DNA from: Trichoplax adhaerens
Taxonomy: Eukaryota; Animalia; Placozoa
NCBI RefSeq assembly: GCF_000150275.1
Contig: NW_002060945.1
Coordinates: forward strand, 6,197,246-6,261,245
Direction of reading: 5' to 3'
Length of the DNA stretch: 64,000 bases
The notes beneath the pieces were generated by a model, which was not told the DNA's origin, ran no database searches, and saw only the letters and a program-made list of their open reading frames with translations. Made by a program: the position numbers and the translations under genes. Numbering within the stretch: position 1 is the first letter of the stretch; every line of letters begins with the position of its first letter. Positions 25,701 through 46,519 of the stretch are shown piece after piece.

Positions 25701-27676
25701 CAACATTAGGAGACAGTTGCTAGTCTATTTAACCCTTGGACCCAACAATGAACTAATAAGTAATGTTATTACCTTTGCGCCTGTTTCTTTTATTATGTGC
25801 AGGAAGAAGCTACCCTAGATTTAATATATCAATATGGAGTTTATTCATTGGTTTAATCGAATATGAAGTCTTCCGATAATGGTCATAATTTAGCAAAGAT
25901 CTAAATTATTACATTTGAACCCTGTAATTTTTCTTTCAAATTAAATTGTGCAGGGGCGTCATTTAGACCCACAAAGACCTTATCCTGGACATAATGTAGC
26001 TAGACAATAACAAAGTATAAGATCGATGTTACTTTGACACAGTACGGTATCGTAGGTCAAAATTCTATTGACCAAAAAAATAAGAAAGCTAGCTACCCCT
26101 GTTGGAAGAGGCACTGTTGTAGTAGTGACGTTAGTTGATGATGGAGCGGCATCTGCTGGTGTATATTTAACTTCAGGTTTAGTTGCTGGATCAATTTTGG
26201 CAATCTTTGCTAAAATAATTCTAGCAGCAGCTAGATATAAAATAGAAGATAATTATTTCGTCTATAAGAGTATTTTGCCTACAGCGATAACGCGATGAAG
26301 AAATAATCTTTTAAAAAAAGCTTACTGTGAATATTTTCCTTTGCCGCTGCTTGAATATGTAGGTATAAAGGTCTATCTCTGTTTATGGCAAGAATAAAAC
26401 ACAAATTCGCTATAAATATTGTTACTACTGTAATTGAAGGAGCAATGTTAGAACAAGCAGATAATATTTAAGATTCATTAATAAAAGTCAAATTATTAGC
26501 CTTACACTGTTAAATCAATGCCTAGTTTCTCACTGGGTGAGATGTAACGCCCTTTAGTTGATACGGCAGCACCGGACTGTCTGTTAATCTATGTAAAATA
26601 GCATATACAATGCATAGAATTTGAATGTTGAACAAAATTTTGATAGTAAAAAAATTGATAAAATGGAATGCATTAACTTCCATTGCTTAGACTATACTAT
26701 ATAAAGTAAGGCATGAATGGTGGAGATTATATCGACTTGACTATTTTACGAAAGAAATTTGTCACATTGATTACTTACATCATCCTGAGTTAGGCCTTTA
26801 CATAGAATAGTCCTACAAAAACAGAAATACAGTATATCTAAGGCATAATTGCATACTGCCGGCATTACCATAATAATAAATTCACATCTTGTGTGGGTTA
26901 CCTGCTAATTAAGTCATTAATTTCTATTTCGGCTGTAATTACTGCTGGTTGAGATGATTTCGAAGCTTGATTGCTTCCATTGTTATCGGAGGTACTACTC
27001 GTACTTGTATTCGTCACACTACTTGTAGTTGTGGGTTTAGCCTAAATATTATGAGTGAAATGGTTGATAACATGTTTATACCTGTAGGAGAGTCTATGAA
27101 GCAAGTTGTATTGTAAGAGTATGCATCTTTAAAATATGGAACAGTGGCTGATCGATTCACTATTTACGTAGACTATCTTGATTGATGCTATTGTACTGTA
27201 CTTTAGTAGCTATGCGTAGAAGAACGATCGTAAATGTTTGATACTGATATCGGTTTATTAATATGAGCTGATAGCGCGTTCTCCTTACTACACTTTACAA
27301 GACAGAAATCGTCAGGGTGGAGTACACGTAGTTCAATAATGTATGTTTTAGTTTGTGAACGTCTTAATAGCATGATGTAGAGTACAAATGAAACTGTCCT
27401 ATCCTGTTCCTTTAATATGGCACACTGTCATCTAGAGTAAGAAGAATGAATACTGTAGTCAGTCGAACCAGAGCGGGAGGTGGTTCACTCTTGATAATCT
27501 TGCCTTTCGCAGCTAAGATAGCATTTAATCTTGCTGCAGCAGCTTTGGCTACGGCGGCTTTATCCTCTTCATTTACAGTTGAAGGTGGATTATCATCAGC
27601 CTTATTTTCTGTGGTTAAATTGGCTTTATCATTGACATTGGGAGCACGTTGATCCCATTTACTTTTACGTTTAGTC
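22714..27676 (-). CDS. KHDC4: KH homology domain-containing protein 4 (BLOM7/KIAA0907) splicing factor; start exon lies upstream of 27676 and is unresolved
   Basis: RKSKWDQ...[89 protein letters not shown], and C-terminal [10 protein letters not shown]...LPFWAAH...* (stop at 22714-22716). Confidence 0.95.
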
Positions 27677-27865
27677 CTATCATTAAAACAATAACAAAAC
27701 GTTAAAGAGTATGTCTCTATACTGTATATACACAAGAGAGCAACTGTTGGTAAATTTGATCAACGTAGTATAATGACAATCTTTGTGCAATACATGATAG
27801 GAATTTAGTTATTGAAGATGTTTTCGATGATGTCTACAGTAGATGGCCGATCTTGAATCCTGTGA

Positions 27866-29257
27866 GTACAGTACAGTACAGTACAGTGTATAGTACTGTA
27901 CATACCGTCCATGATACTGTACAGTACAGTAGGTCATGCCAACCGTTGACGGAGTTTGCCATACTGTAGTCAATGTACTGTACAGTACTGTACTTGCAGT
28001 AAGTGTAACGTCAAGCAATAGTATGCAGGTAGCTTGTGAGCTGGCCATGGCCGACACCATCACACGGTCTACACTGTTGTGTGTGGTCGGTGTAGTCACG
28101 AAAATGACTAGGCCAAATTTGGAGTGAAAAGTTCAAATTCTTGCAAAGTTGGCTACCACTTTTTTTAGTGAAAAGTTCAATTCTTGCAAAGTTGGCTAAC
28201 ACTTACTGTAGTGTACTGTACTCATGTGTGATAGTAGTGTGAAGGATGCCTGTAGTACTGTACAACATCAACCGATTGGTTGCCGAACATGGGTCAGGAT
28301 TCACGAACAGTTTGCTGATTTTGATCAGTGCAAATGCATTCTTATTCCAATGACAACACTTTACTGTACTTACTGAACGTCGAGATAGGTTTTTTGATTA
28401 TTTTGAACTTACCGAACACTTTGGGTAGCCATCTTGTATTCCACATAGGAAATAGGTGAAGAAAAGCTTTGCCAATCACTTGTCAATTGCTTTTGATTAC
28501 CGTTTGCAAGTTTTGGCTTGCACACATCATTTGCCAATGAACCTTTTTGGTGTCCTCTTTTCTCTTTTTACAGTATAAAAAGCGGGCAGGTCCTACAGTA
28601 CAGTCAGCCTCCAGCACGTACAGTACATAGTACTGAGTACAGTGAAGTGCTGTACTGTACTGTACTGTACAGTGAACTGCTGTACAGTGTACAGTACAGT
28701 CGTGTGGAAAAAGTTTGAATACAGTACTGTACTGTACTGTACTGTACAGTGTACTGTACAGTACAGTACAGTACAGTACTGTATGCCAACCACAAATTCC
28801 AGGTTCTCGGGTGTAAAGTACTGTACACTGTACAGTATAACGCGATTGACTGTACAGTACTGTACTCAGTGTACTGTACTTACTAAGTACAGTAAGTGTA
28901 CTAGTGTACTGTACTACTGTACGGACAGACTTTCTGAGACACTTTGTACAGTACTGTAACCAATTCATGTTATGCAGTACTGTACAGTATATAACTACAG
29001 TACTTATTTTTACTGTACTGGATAGTAAAAACAAGTAGTAAAAGCTACCTGACGAAAATTCCTGTCACTAAAATAGCAAAAATTACTAAAATTTCATAAA
29101 TCCATTATTGCAATAAATACAGTACTATATACTAGTGTATAGTATGGTGATATTAGGAATAAAATAATCCGTACCGTATCTTGAAATGAAACGCATTATC
29201 CTACCAAGTGCGGTACCATTCCATGGTACACAGTGACTGTACAGTACTGTACTGTAT
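27866..29257. repeat. Degenerate (ACAGT/ACTGT)n pentamer microsatellite field between divergent KHDC4 and ABCC
   Basis: Dozens of ACAGT/ACTGT units, densest at 28596-29020, including a 66-bp palindrome at 28719-28784. Confidence 0.95.
28123..28205. repeat. 44-bp direct tandem duplication
   Basis: AGTGAAAAGTTCAA(A)TTCTTGCAAAGTTGGCTA starts at 28123 and again at 28167. Confidence 0.9.
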
Positions 29258-29533
29258 AGCGACCAGCTATGACATCATTCTTTGCCATTTGCAACGGCAA
29301 GAAATTGCAGACGTTTGCAATTTTCAACCACTTTCATTCGTCTTCTCTCTCTTTTGAGCCTAATCCTCCAATAACATTATCCATACTAAAGCTTATTAGT
29401 AGTACAGTAGTAGCCTGGATTGCTCAATTGAAATTGATGACACTATATAGAGTCACTACTGATACCTACAGTACCATTGAGCATCAGTCCTTGACCTCAG
29501 TGTTGACGCTATAAAATTCAAGCCATTGACAAG

Positions 29534-39096
<9,563 letters not shown>

Positions 39097-40128
39097 AGTT
39101 TATGCACTAAAATGTTAATTTAAAATTTATATCCAATGACGCCCTGTGCGATAACATTTTTAAAATCGATCTTACCATTCGTTGGCATTTACCCTTGGAT
39201 ACTCGATGCTTTGTTACGTACGAATGCATAGCCTAGTTAACGCCCTTATAGGAACATTAAGAACCCAAAGACGTGGCTTCATGCTCTGCTAAAATTCGTA
39301 ACGTCAGCCGATTCTCAAAATATATTGCGTAATCTGAGCGATATACGTGTATATTGTCAAGTGATTTGCTACATATCAATATCTCATAGAGAAAGCAGTG
39401 ATTATATGAAAAATATTAAAAATTGGATTTTTCTTCAAATATCAGACAACCTTGTTACAGATTATCGATTGTAAGACTGGCAACCTTGAACTGTTATGTA
39501 GACATGGTTAAAAATTTTTTAAAAAGATAAAAAGATTTGTATTTAATATTAAAGTCATATTGGAACTAGGTAAATCAATTCGAGGATTAAATAAAGGAAT
39601 ATGTTCGTTATGTGTTTACTTTCTTTATTCTAGATGTATTGGAATTCTGATAATAATGGAAATCCAATTCATTGCATAATTTACTTCAATATTTAAGTAT
39701 ATGAAGTATGAATTATTAAAAGCTGATATTTCTAATTGGTTATAAGTTTACCTTAAGTAAACTACGATCATTTGTGCATACTAGTCTATATTGATTATGT
39801 ATTGGTAAAACCGTAAAAGTACTCCTGGCTTAATAGCTAAATATTACGTAAATATTATGCAGCGGACTCAATTCGAGCTAATAACATTATTGTTAAGCGC
39901 AACAGAAATTTTGCTCAATTTTTAAAATCAGTCACTATTTCCAGAAATAGGATACTATTGCAGTAGTCATAACCTACATATTTTATTTATGAACATATAC
40001 CGTAGTGAATGATTCCAGTTTTTAATTATGCTCCGTATATCATTAAAATGTGTAGGTGATGATAGATTTGATATCATACAATTAAATTCAAGATAAATGG
40101 ATAACTTATTAAAGTCTTCTTAAACTAT

Positions 40129-41714
40129 TTACAATCTTCTCTTAATACTAATGGTACGGTCATACAAACGAGGTTCTAAAAATTTCCCTTGGTGATCTAC
40201 CAAAAAATAAAAGCTGTAATTCCTAATTCGTATCGGAATCGGAGAATCAGTCTCTAATAGAAATAAAAGCAAGATTAAATTGATAAATTTTGATGCTGAT
40301 GAAAGTTATTTGTTAATAATCGCGTTCGATCATAACTATTGTATTATTCTGCATGTAAAGCTTGTTGATTTTAGTATTAAAATATTAACTATAGCTATTG
40401 CATACTAAGTTAGTAATTATGTTAACTAACCATTCCTTTTTGCCATTGCTGACATATTAGAGAGGGGTACGGTGAGTTGTCGATGCATTCCAAATGGTCC
40501 ATAGGTTGTTATTTTAACATCGATACCACCACGTGTTAAGGCTAAACTTTTAACAGATCTAGTAAATTTATAATAATATTAATCTCTTGTTATACACCTT
40601 TATGTCGATAAGGAGATCATCCAACAAACCAAATAAACTTTGTATCAATTTCAACTTGGAATAAAACTCGTATAAGAACAATAGCGGAAAGGCAAACTAC
40701 AAGAAAAATGATTGCTCAACATCAAAGTATAACCATACCTATAGCAATAAAAAAATCCTATAACGCAGAAACTTAAGCCAGCTACTATAGATACAGTAGC
40801 AAGTCCAACTCTCATCTATAACGATGTAGAAAGGAAATAAAGGATGATTTAATTGGCATGGCTAAACGTATCTGATTACTCTTAGACTAATTATATGTTA
40901 TTAATCGACAAAGTTTCCTATAGGCTGTATTTACGAGCTATTTTTATGTTGTATTAATGAAAAATTATTGCAAAGGTAAACACCTCAATGTTATAAGTTG
41001 GCGAGTCAATTGTAGTTCTGTCATCATTACGGTACTTACCCGAGTAGATGCTCGACTTAATTGAGCTCGTTCAGATCTGCAAGTTAAGTGTATTGTAGAG
41101 CTTAGTGGTGGTTTAGCAAAGTCATACGCACTACCTCTATCAAAGCTGCTCGTATAACGTCCATCTTATACTTTGTGAATATTCACGTACAGTAGATGAT
41201 ATTTAATCAGAAAATAATTCTAAACATTCATCGATACAGTATTATTACAATTCTGTCATTATTGAATGGGTAACCTAAGATAGTATGCTAAAAATTAGAT
41301 ACATTGGATGATGATTGTACCGAACAATTTAAAATCGAATAAATCTACTCTGCTACAAATAATCTCCACCAGCATGTGGATTTAATATCATCAATACGGT
41401 GTACAGTTACCTTGAATGCAATCTACCTACCTTGATATGCTGTCGCTATCATCAAGGGCTAGTTCTTCTTTCTTCTTATCCTTATTTGGTTTAATGGATG
41501 AATAGGGATCTCTTAACTCGGAGAAAGCAAATTCACCCAGGTAAGTCCAGAAAAACAGCTGGCATATGGATACTACGGAAATGGTAGCAAAGAAACTTTC
41601 CTTCTTATTAGTATAAATGACAATGTCACGTTTTGCAGATTGGGTATTCTTGCATCGTTGCAATACCATCCAATACGATTTAATTTTATGCCTAAGTGAT
41701 ACCAATCGAATCAT
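40129..41714 (-). CDS. TMEM223: Transmembrane protein 223 (mitochondrial inner-membrane complex IV assembly factor), 5 exons
   Basis: MIRLVSLRHK...RDIVIYTNKKESFFATISVVSICQLFFW; small exon ~41077-41039 (RSERAQLSRASTR); MRVGLATVSIVAG; RSVKSLALTRGGIDVKITTYGPFG; PIRIRNYSFYFLVDHQGKFLEPRLYDRTI...*. Matches the recalled human motifs RSVRSVVLRAGG and FYFLLDKTGHF. Intron phases are consistent. Confidence 0.9.
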
Positions 41715-43862
41715 ACTCGACGATGCAAAATAGAATTGGGCCAACACACGAAACTAATCCTTGCAATTTTTTCCTTGAACCGTACTATTAATGGCAATCA
41801 GGCAAATGCTTGCACTTCTACAGGTCTCCAACTGACTATCTCGATGTGACTGTTGAACATACACTGTAACACTATCTATAGGTATTTCAATTGAACTTAC
41901 TGTTCGTTTAAGCTTTTCTAGTATATCGATAAATTCTGGGCTAATTATAAATTGCATTTAACGTGCTGAAGATGTAGAAATGGAGAGAACAGTCTGAGCA
42001 GAGCTCTGGCAGAAGCCACTGCAGTCGTCTTGGATACAGCCAGGTCTCAGCTGTAGTAAGGTACCGGTACCGCGGAAATGAACTCTTTTGGCATAGTAAA
42101 AATGTAAAAGTCGAGTCATTTGTGGGTCATTTCAAGTGTACCGTAGGTCTCTAATAGTACACTATCCTGTCAATGATTGCCATCCAAATTACTATAGCTG
42201 CTAGGTTGGTTTTGTACAGTATGATGTTCCGTTTGAGTGGTACCGTATAGGAGAATGACTAGAAAAATGTTAGGCTTCTGCATGATTTTACAGTGCGCAG
42301 CTATTTTTCGTTCCTCTCTCTTACCTACTTGTGCAGTCCATCAGCACCCTATGTAATGTGCATTGCATTGATTTATTGCAGGTATTAGAGAATCATCCCT
42401 AGAAATGGATGGTGTTCTTTATAATGTTAGTCATCATAGTAAGGGAAGTAAGGAAGAAAAGTTTGCTCTTTCAAGGAATCCATTAGTAATGGTGTACAGT
42501 GTACAGTGTACAGTGTACAGTATACTGTACCGTAGAATAGTTTATTAGACAAAGCTTCACGACCCACTTGCTACGTCGCCGAAGGATGACATTGCTTTTG
42601 CTCGTGATCGTTATTACACATTAGGTAACTTATCAGTAGCACTATCGAGCCCTGAGTAATGGTATTTAATATATACTGCACATTAATTATAATACGGTAG
42701 GGTACTCTACTTAGTGTAGTACAGTATTGTACACAATACCAATGCCATGGTAAACTACTAGCAAAAATAGCGTCACTAGCAGTACCTATACACGACGCCA
42801 CTCATACTATTGGCAAACATCTCTCGTTCGTTCAGTGTAACCCTCAAGTCTTTCGGCCCTCTTGCGTACTATATGGCCAATAGTAGGATCAGCCAGGTTC
42901 TGTCCGCAGATACCGATAGTCTCCAAGGTTTCCAACTCTTTCAAGCTGCTTGGAAAAGGAGATTGGTGAAATATTGTGAAAATTCTCCTCTAAACAGTAA
43001 AATTCGATTGGTATTACTCTACTCTCACATTCAAGACATCCTCTATCGTATCGCCAATGATTGATGTACAATATCCATTGGTATTAAGTGTTGCTATCAT
43101 TCGTAGGCGCTTGCAATCAACTTATTACTGTTCTAAAATTTCGAATGCTAGGCCGAGCTGTTTGCAAATACATAACAAATCGATCCAACTAATTTTAAAA
43201 TCAATCTTTGCCATGTGGGGAATAGACAGTCTAAACATAACGTTCTGTGGTTTATAATTGGAGTAAAAGTCAAAGATCTTTTGGCTAAGTGTATTGAAAG
43301 CTTAATTGAGCTGGATTATAGTAACTAGAAAGATAATCTCGAATAGTGACGCGATTACTCGATCTAAACTGGTGAGCTCATTTTACTGTATTAAAACTTG
43401 ATCACATCAATTTGCCCAAGCGCTCCGACACCGATCGATCGTTGTTGGCTAATTACATAATCGATGTACATACAATTAGATTGCCTTATACGTAAATCAA
43501 TAGCTTTCTTTATGCTTGATACATGGAAAAGCACGATATGTTGAAATTACTCGTACTGGTAGGTCAAACAAAATGAACATCATTCTTTAAAGGAAACATT
43601 TCTAGAGAACATCGCACACTGCATATGTTGTATTTATTATTATTATTCATTACAACAATTTTATTAAGTAATACTGCATAATAATTGAAGCACTTTATGC
43701 ATAAAGTGCTCAATTCTAGATAAGAGTCAGCCTTATTTTGAAAAGATTACTCGTGTTTCTAAAAATGGCGATATAGCCAAATTGGGTAACGTATGAGTAC
43801 ATAAAAATCGTATTAAGGTGAAGTGTATATATATATATATATACATATGTGTAGAACAAGGG

Positions 43863-45611
43863 ATGGCTAGTGAAATGAATAATGACAATAATGGTATTGA
43901 CAAAGGAATGAGCGATGAAGCAGACGAGAATATCATCCAACAGGAAAGCGAAAATGTACAAGAAATACTGAAAGATAATAAACAACAGCTACTAGAATTG
44001 GAAAACGTTAAAACTGAGCTTGGTAATACTCAGGAAAGCGAAAATGGACAAGAAATATTGAAAGATAATAAACAGTTGCTTCTACAATTGGAGAACGTTA
44101 AAACTGAGCTTGGTAATACTTTGAAAGACTTGCATAGCGTAAAGAAGGAATTGGAGTTATGCAAATTACAAAAGACGAATGCCGAAAATTATGTACACTC
44201 CTTACGTCAAGACAATAACAGGCTAAAAGAACAGTTATTACAACGAAAGACAATAGATAGTAATGATGATAATATTAAGGATGACCAGCATATTAATGCT
44301 GAATCACCGCAAAGAAATGATGAACAACAACTACAACATTTAGAATGTAAAGACAGGCCCAAAGTGGATGACAGTGACAAGAAAGCCAATGATAATATTG
44401 CAGCTACACTTCAATCAGCTGCTGAAGAATACCTTAACAATAAAGGCCTGGTTTACGATGAGAAATCAGGTTGGTACTATGATTGGAGTACTGGCTACTA
44501 CTATGATCCTAACACACATTTATATTATCAAAAGGAAACAAAAGCTTACTACTATTACGATCAAAAGAAAGAAGTATATATATTCTACTGTTATAGTGAC
44601 GACACTGACGTAGCTACGTCCAAGGACATTGCCAATTCTTATAACTTAGCGGAGGAGAATGAAATTGAAGAAGGTGAATACAAATCAAACGATGAGGAAG
44701 ATATCCAGCACCTTTCAGATGGTCATTCTTGTATTCGATGTATCGTGATGCAGTCAAATCGATTGAAATATGGTAGTTTATATATTATTACAATTGAAGG
44801 TATAATTATCGGTCGAGAGAACGCAACAGAGAAAACTATTCAGATTCCTGAGTTAGCTATAAGCAAGAAACACGCCCAAATTGGTTACGATCTACAAGAA
44901 AGTAAATATCACATATGTGATTTGGGCAGTAAAAATGGAACGTACTTAAATGATGTCAAAATTGCTAATGATGGCTCTACCTTTTATCTACAACACGGCG
45001 ACTATATTAAAATTGGTTCTACTAGCTTTTTGTTGCATATTCACCCAGGTTATGATACTTGTGACGATTGTGAACCAGGCCAGATACTGTCAAGAATTCC
45101 AGTGACTGATCACATTACATCAAAAACTGAAACCGCTCCTATTTGTACAGACTCTGATAAGCTTGAAGATCAACGCCGTCATAGTTTAAAGCAGTTAAAA
45201 AGGAAATATGGACTGGGCCGTGATGATACGTCTGAGTCGGCCGTCTCCACACATGAAAAATACAAGGATAGAGCGGAAGAAAGACGAGTTCATATTGGTA
45301 GCGATTTCCCACATGCATTGCAGACCTCTTCATCTGTAAAAAAGCCAATTGAAAAATCCAATAAAGGACATAAATTACTAGAAAAAATGGGCTGGAGTGC
45401 CGGACAAGGTCTTGGACGTAATAATACTGGAATATCTCAACCAGTTGAAGTACAGATGCGGTTAACAAACGCTGGATTAGGAACTAGTGGCGTAAGCAGT
45501 TCCATGGATGATATCCCTGATACTAATAAGCAAATCAGGGATCATAAAATTCTTAAAATTACTGCACAAAGATATGCTAAAGCTGAACCGATCGATATGT
45601 TTGCAGAATAA
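43863..45611 (+). CDS. AGGF1: Angiogenic factor with G-patch and FHA domains 1, single coding exon
   Basis: N-terminal coiled coil; OCRE (YDEKSGWYYDWSTGYYYDPNTHLYY); FHA (IGRE...ISKKHA...DLGSKNGTYLN); LHIHPGYDTCDDCEPGQ; YKDRAEERR; G-patch (NKGHKLLEKMGWSAGQGLG). First ATG at 43863; the ORF track starts at an upstream GTG. Confidence 0.96.
   Translation: MASEMNNDNNGIDKGMSDEADENIIQQESENVQEILKDNKQQLLELENVKTELGNTQESENGQEILKDNKQLLLQLENVKTELGNTLKDLHSVKKELELCKLQKTNAENYVHSLRQDNNRLKEQLLQRKTIDSNDDNIKDDQHINAESPQRNDEQQLQHLECKDRPKVDDSDKKANDNIAATLQSAAEEYLNNKGLVYDEKSGWYYDWSTGYYYDPNTHLYYQKETKAYYYYDQKKEVYIFYCYSDDTDVATSKDIANSYNLAEENEIEEGEYKSNDEEDIQHLSDGHSCIRCIVMQSNRLKYGSLYIITIEGIIIGRENATEKTIQIPELAISKKHAQIGYDLQESKYHICDLGSKNGTYLNDVKIANDGSTFYLQHGDYIKIGSTSFLLHIHPGYDTCDDCEPGQILSRIPVTDHITSKTETAPICTDSDKLEDQRRHSLKQLKRKYGLGRDDTSESAVSTHEKYKDRAEERRVHIGSDFPHALQTSSSVKKPIEKSNKGHKLLEKMGWSAGQGLGRNNTGISQPVEVQMRLTNAGLGTSGVSSSMDDIPDTNKQIRDHKILKITAQRYAKAEPIDMFAE
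43941..44120 (+). repeat. In-frame 90-bp tandem duplication within the AGGF1 coiled coil
   Basis: QESENVQEILKDNKQQLLELENVKTELGNT followed by QESENGQEILKDNKQLLLQLENVKTELGNT. Confidence 0.95.
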
Positions 45612-46519
45612 CTTGTATCTCTTTGCCATTTTTCTTTTATGTAATATACCCATAAATGGGTAGGATTCTTGTTCAGTAAAACTGTCACGTCACATAAAAT
45701 ATTTATTGCCGTATACTACTGATACTAAATAATAGTGAAAGAGATGGATGATTGGGCCGATCGGTGCAAGACTGGTTTCTTATCTGTATCTTACAAAAAT
45801 ATTTTCGTATTTAGTAAATTCAGCAAATGTTCGATTTAGCTCGCTTCCTAATATAATATTTGATTCTCTTCCAGAAAGAAACCACACATTACAATTCAAA
45901 CTGTGTCGTTTAATAAGATTTGTTTTCACGTTCATTATACATGTATAATTGTTAATAATCATCCAAGAGACTAGTATAATACCTCTTTTATACTAGTATG
46001 GTATTGTATAAACACACTTTTATCGGAAAATTTGCATGTATACTCGCATATCTACATAATTTAGTTCCACCAACGTAGTATAACAGGTGACAAAGCAATA
46101 AACACACGTTTACAATGTATATAATTAAATAATTCTGATATAGATATTGTAAATTATTCCAGATTTGTGCAATAAAATTATCGATTCATTATAAAATTTG
46201 AATCGGATTGCAAAATAAAATTATCCTTTGAAAAATATTCTCAAGGTAGTACACCGTATCATTGATTAACTGACTTCTAGTACAATGTATTCATTGTAAT
46301 AATATGTAAATGTAAGCGTACGATTCTATAGAATAGGATTGCACTAAGTCAGCTCGTCAAAAATATAACCAATAAATATATTTTTCAGCACGGATAAAAA
46401 TCACGCAGCATTCGTTAATTGTACTCCGTTCAATCATGAAATGATCGTAGTAAAGCATTCACGGGTATATATCAAATTTACTGATAGACCGCACTTTTAA
46501 CTTGCTCATTTCTACTACT

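Noticed and set aside
28483-29034. 183-aa ORF and overlapping ORFs rich in TVQYS/YCTVL
   Set aside because: Artefact of the ACAGT/ACTGT repeat, which has no stop codon in any frame. The same applies to the ORFs at 27809-28127 and 52272-52951.
41754-41957. 67-aa ORF upstream of TMEM223 as part of the protein (readthrough)
   Set aside because: No similarity to TMEM223, and a plausible mitochondrial presequence already begins at the ATG at 41714.
43818-43862. N-terminal extension MKCIYIYIYICVEQG of AGGF1
   Set aside because: Starts at GTG and runs through a (TA)n microsatellite; the first ATG is at 43863.
45139-45468. Antisense/shadow ORFs over AGGF1 (likewise over Vps34, KHDC4 and ABCC exons)
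   Set aside because: Explained by the real coding frame on the opposite strand.
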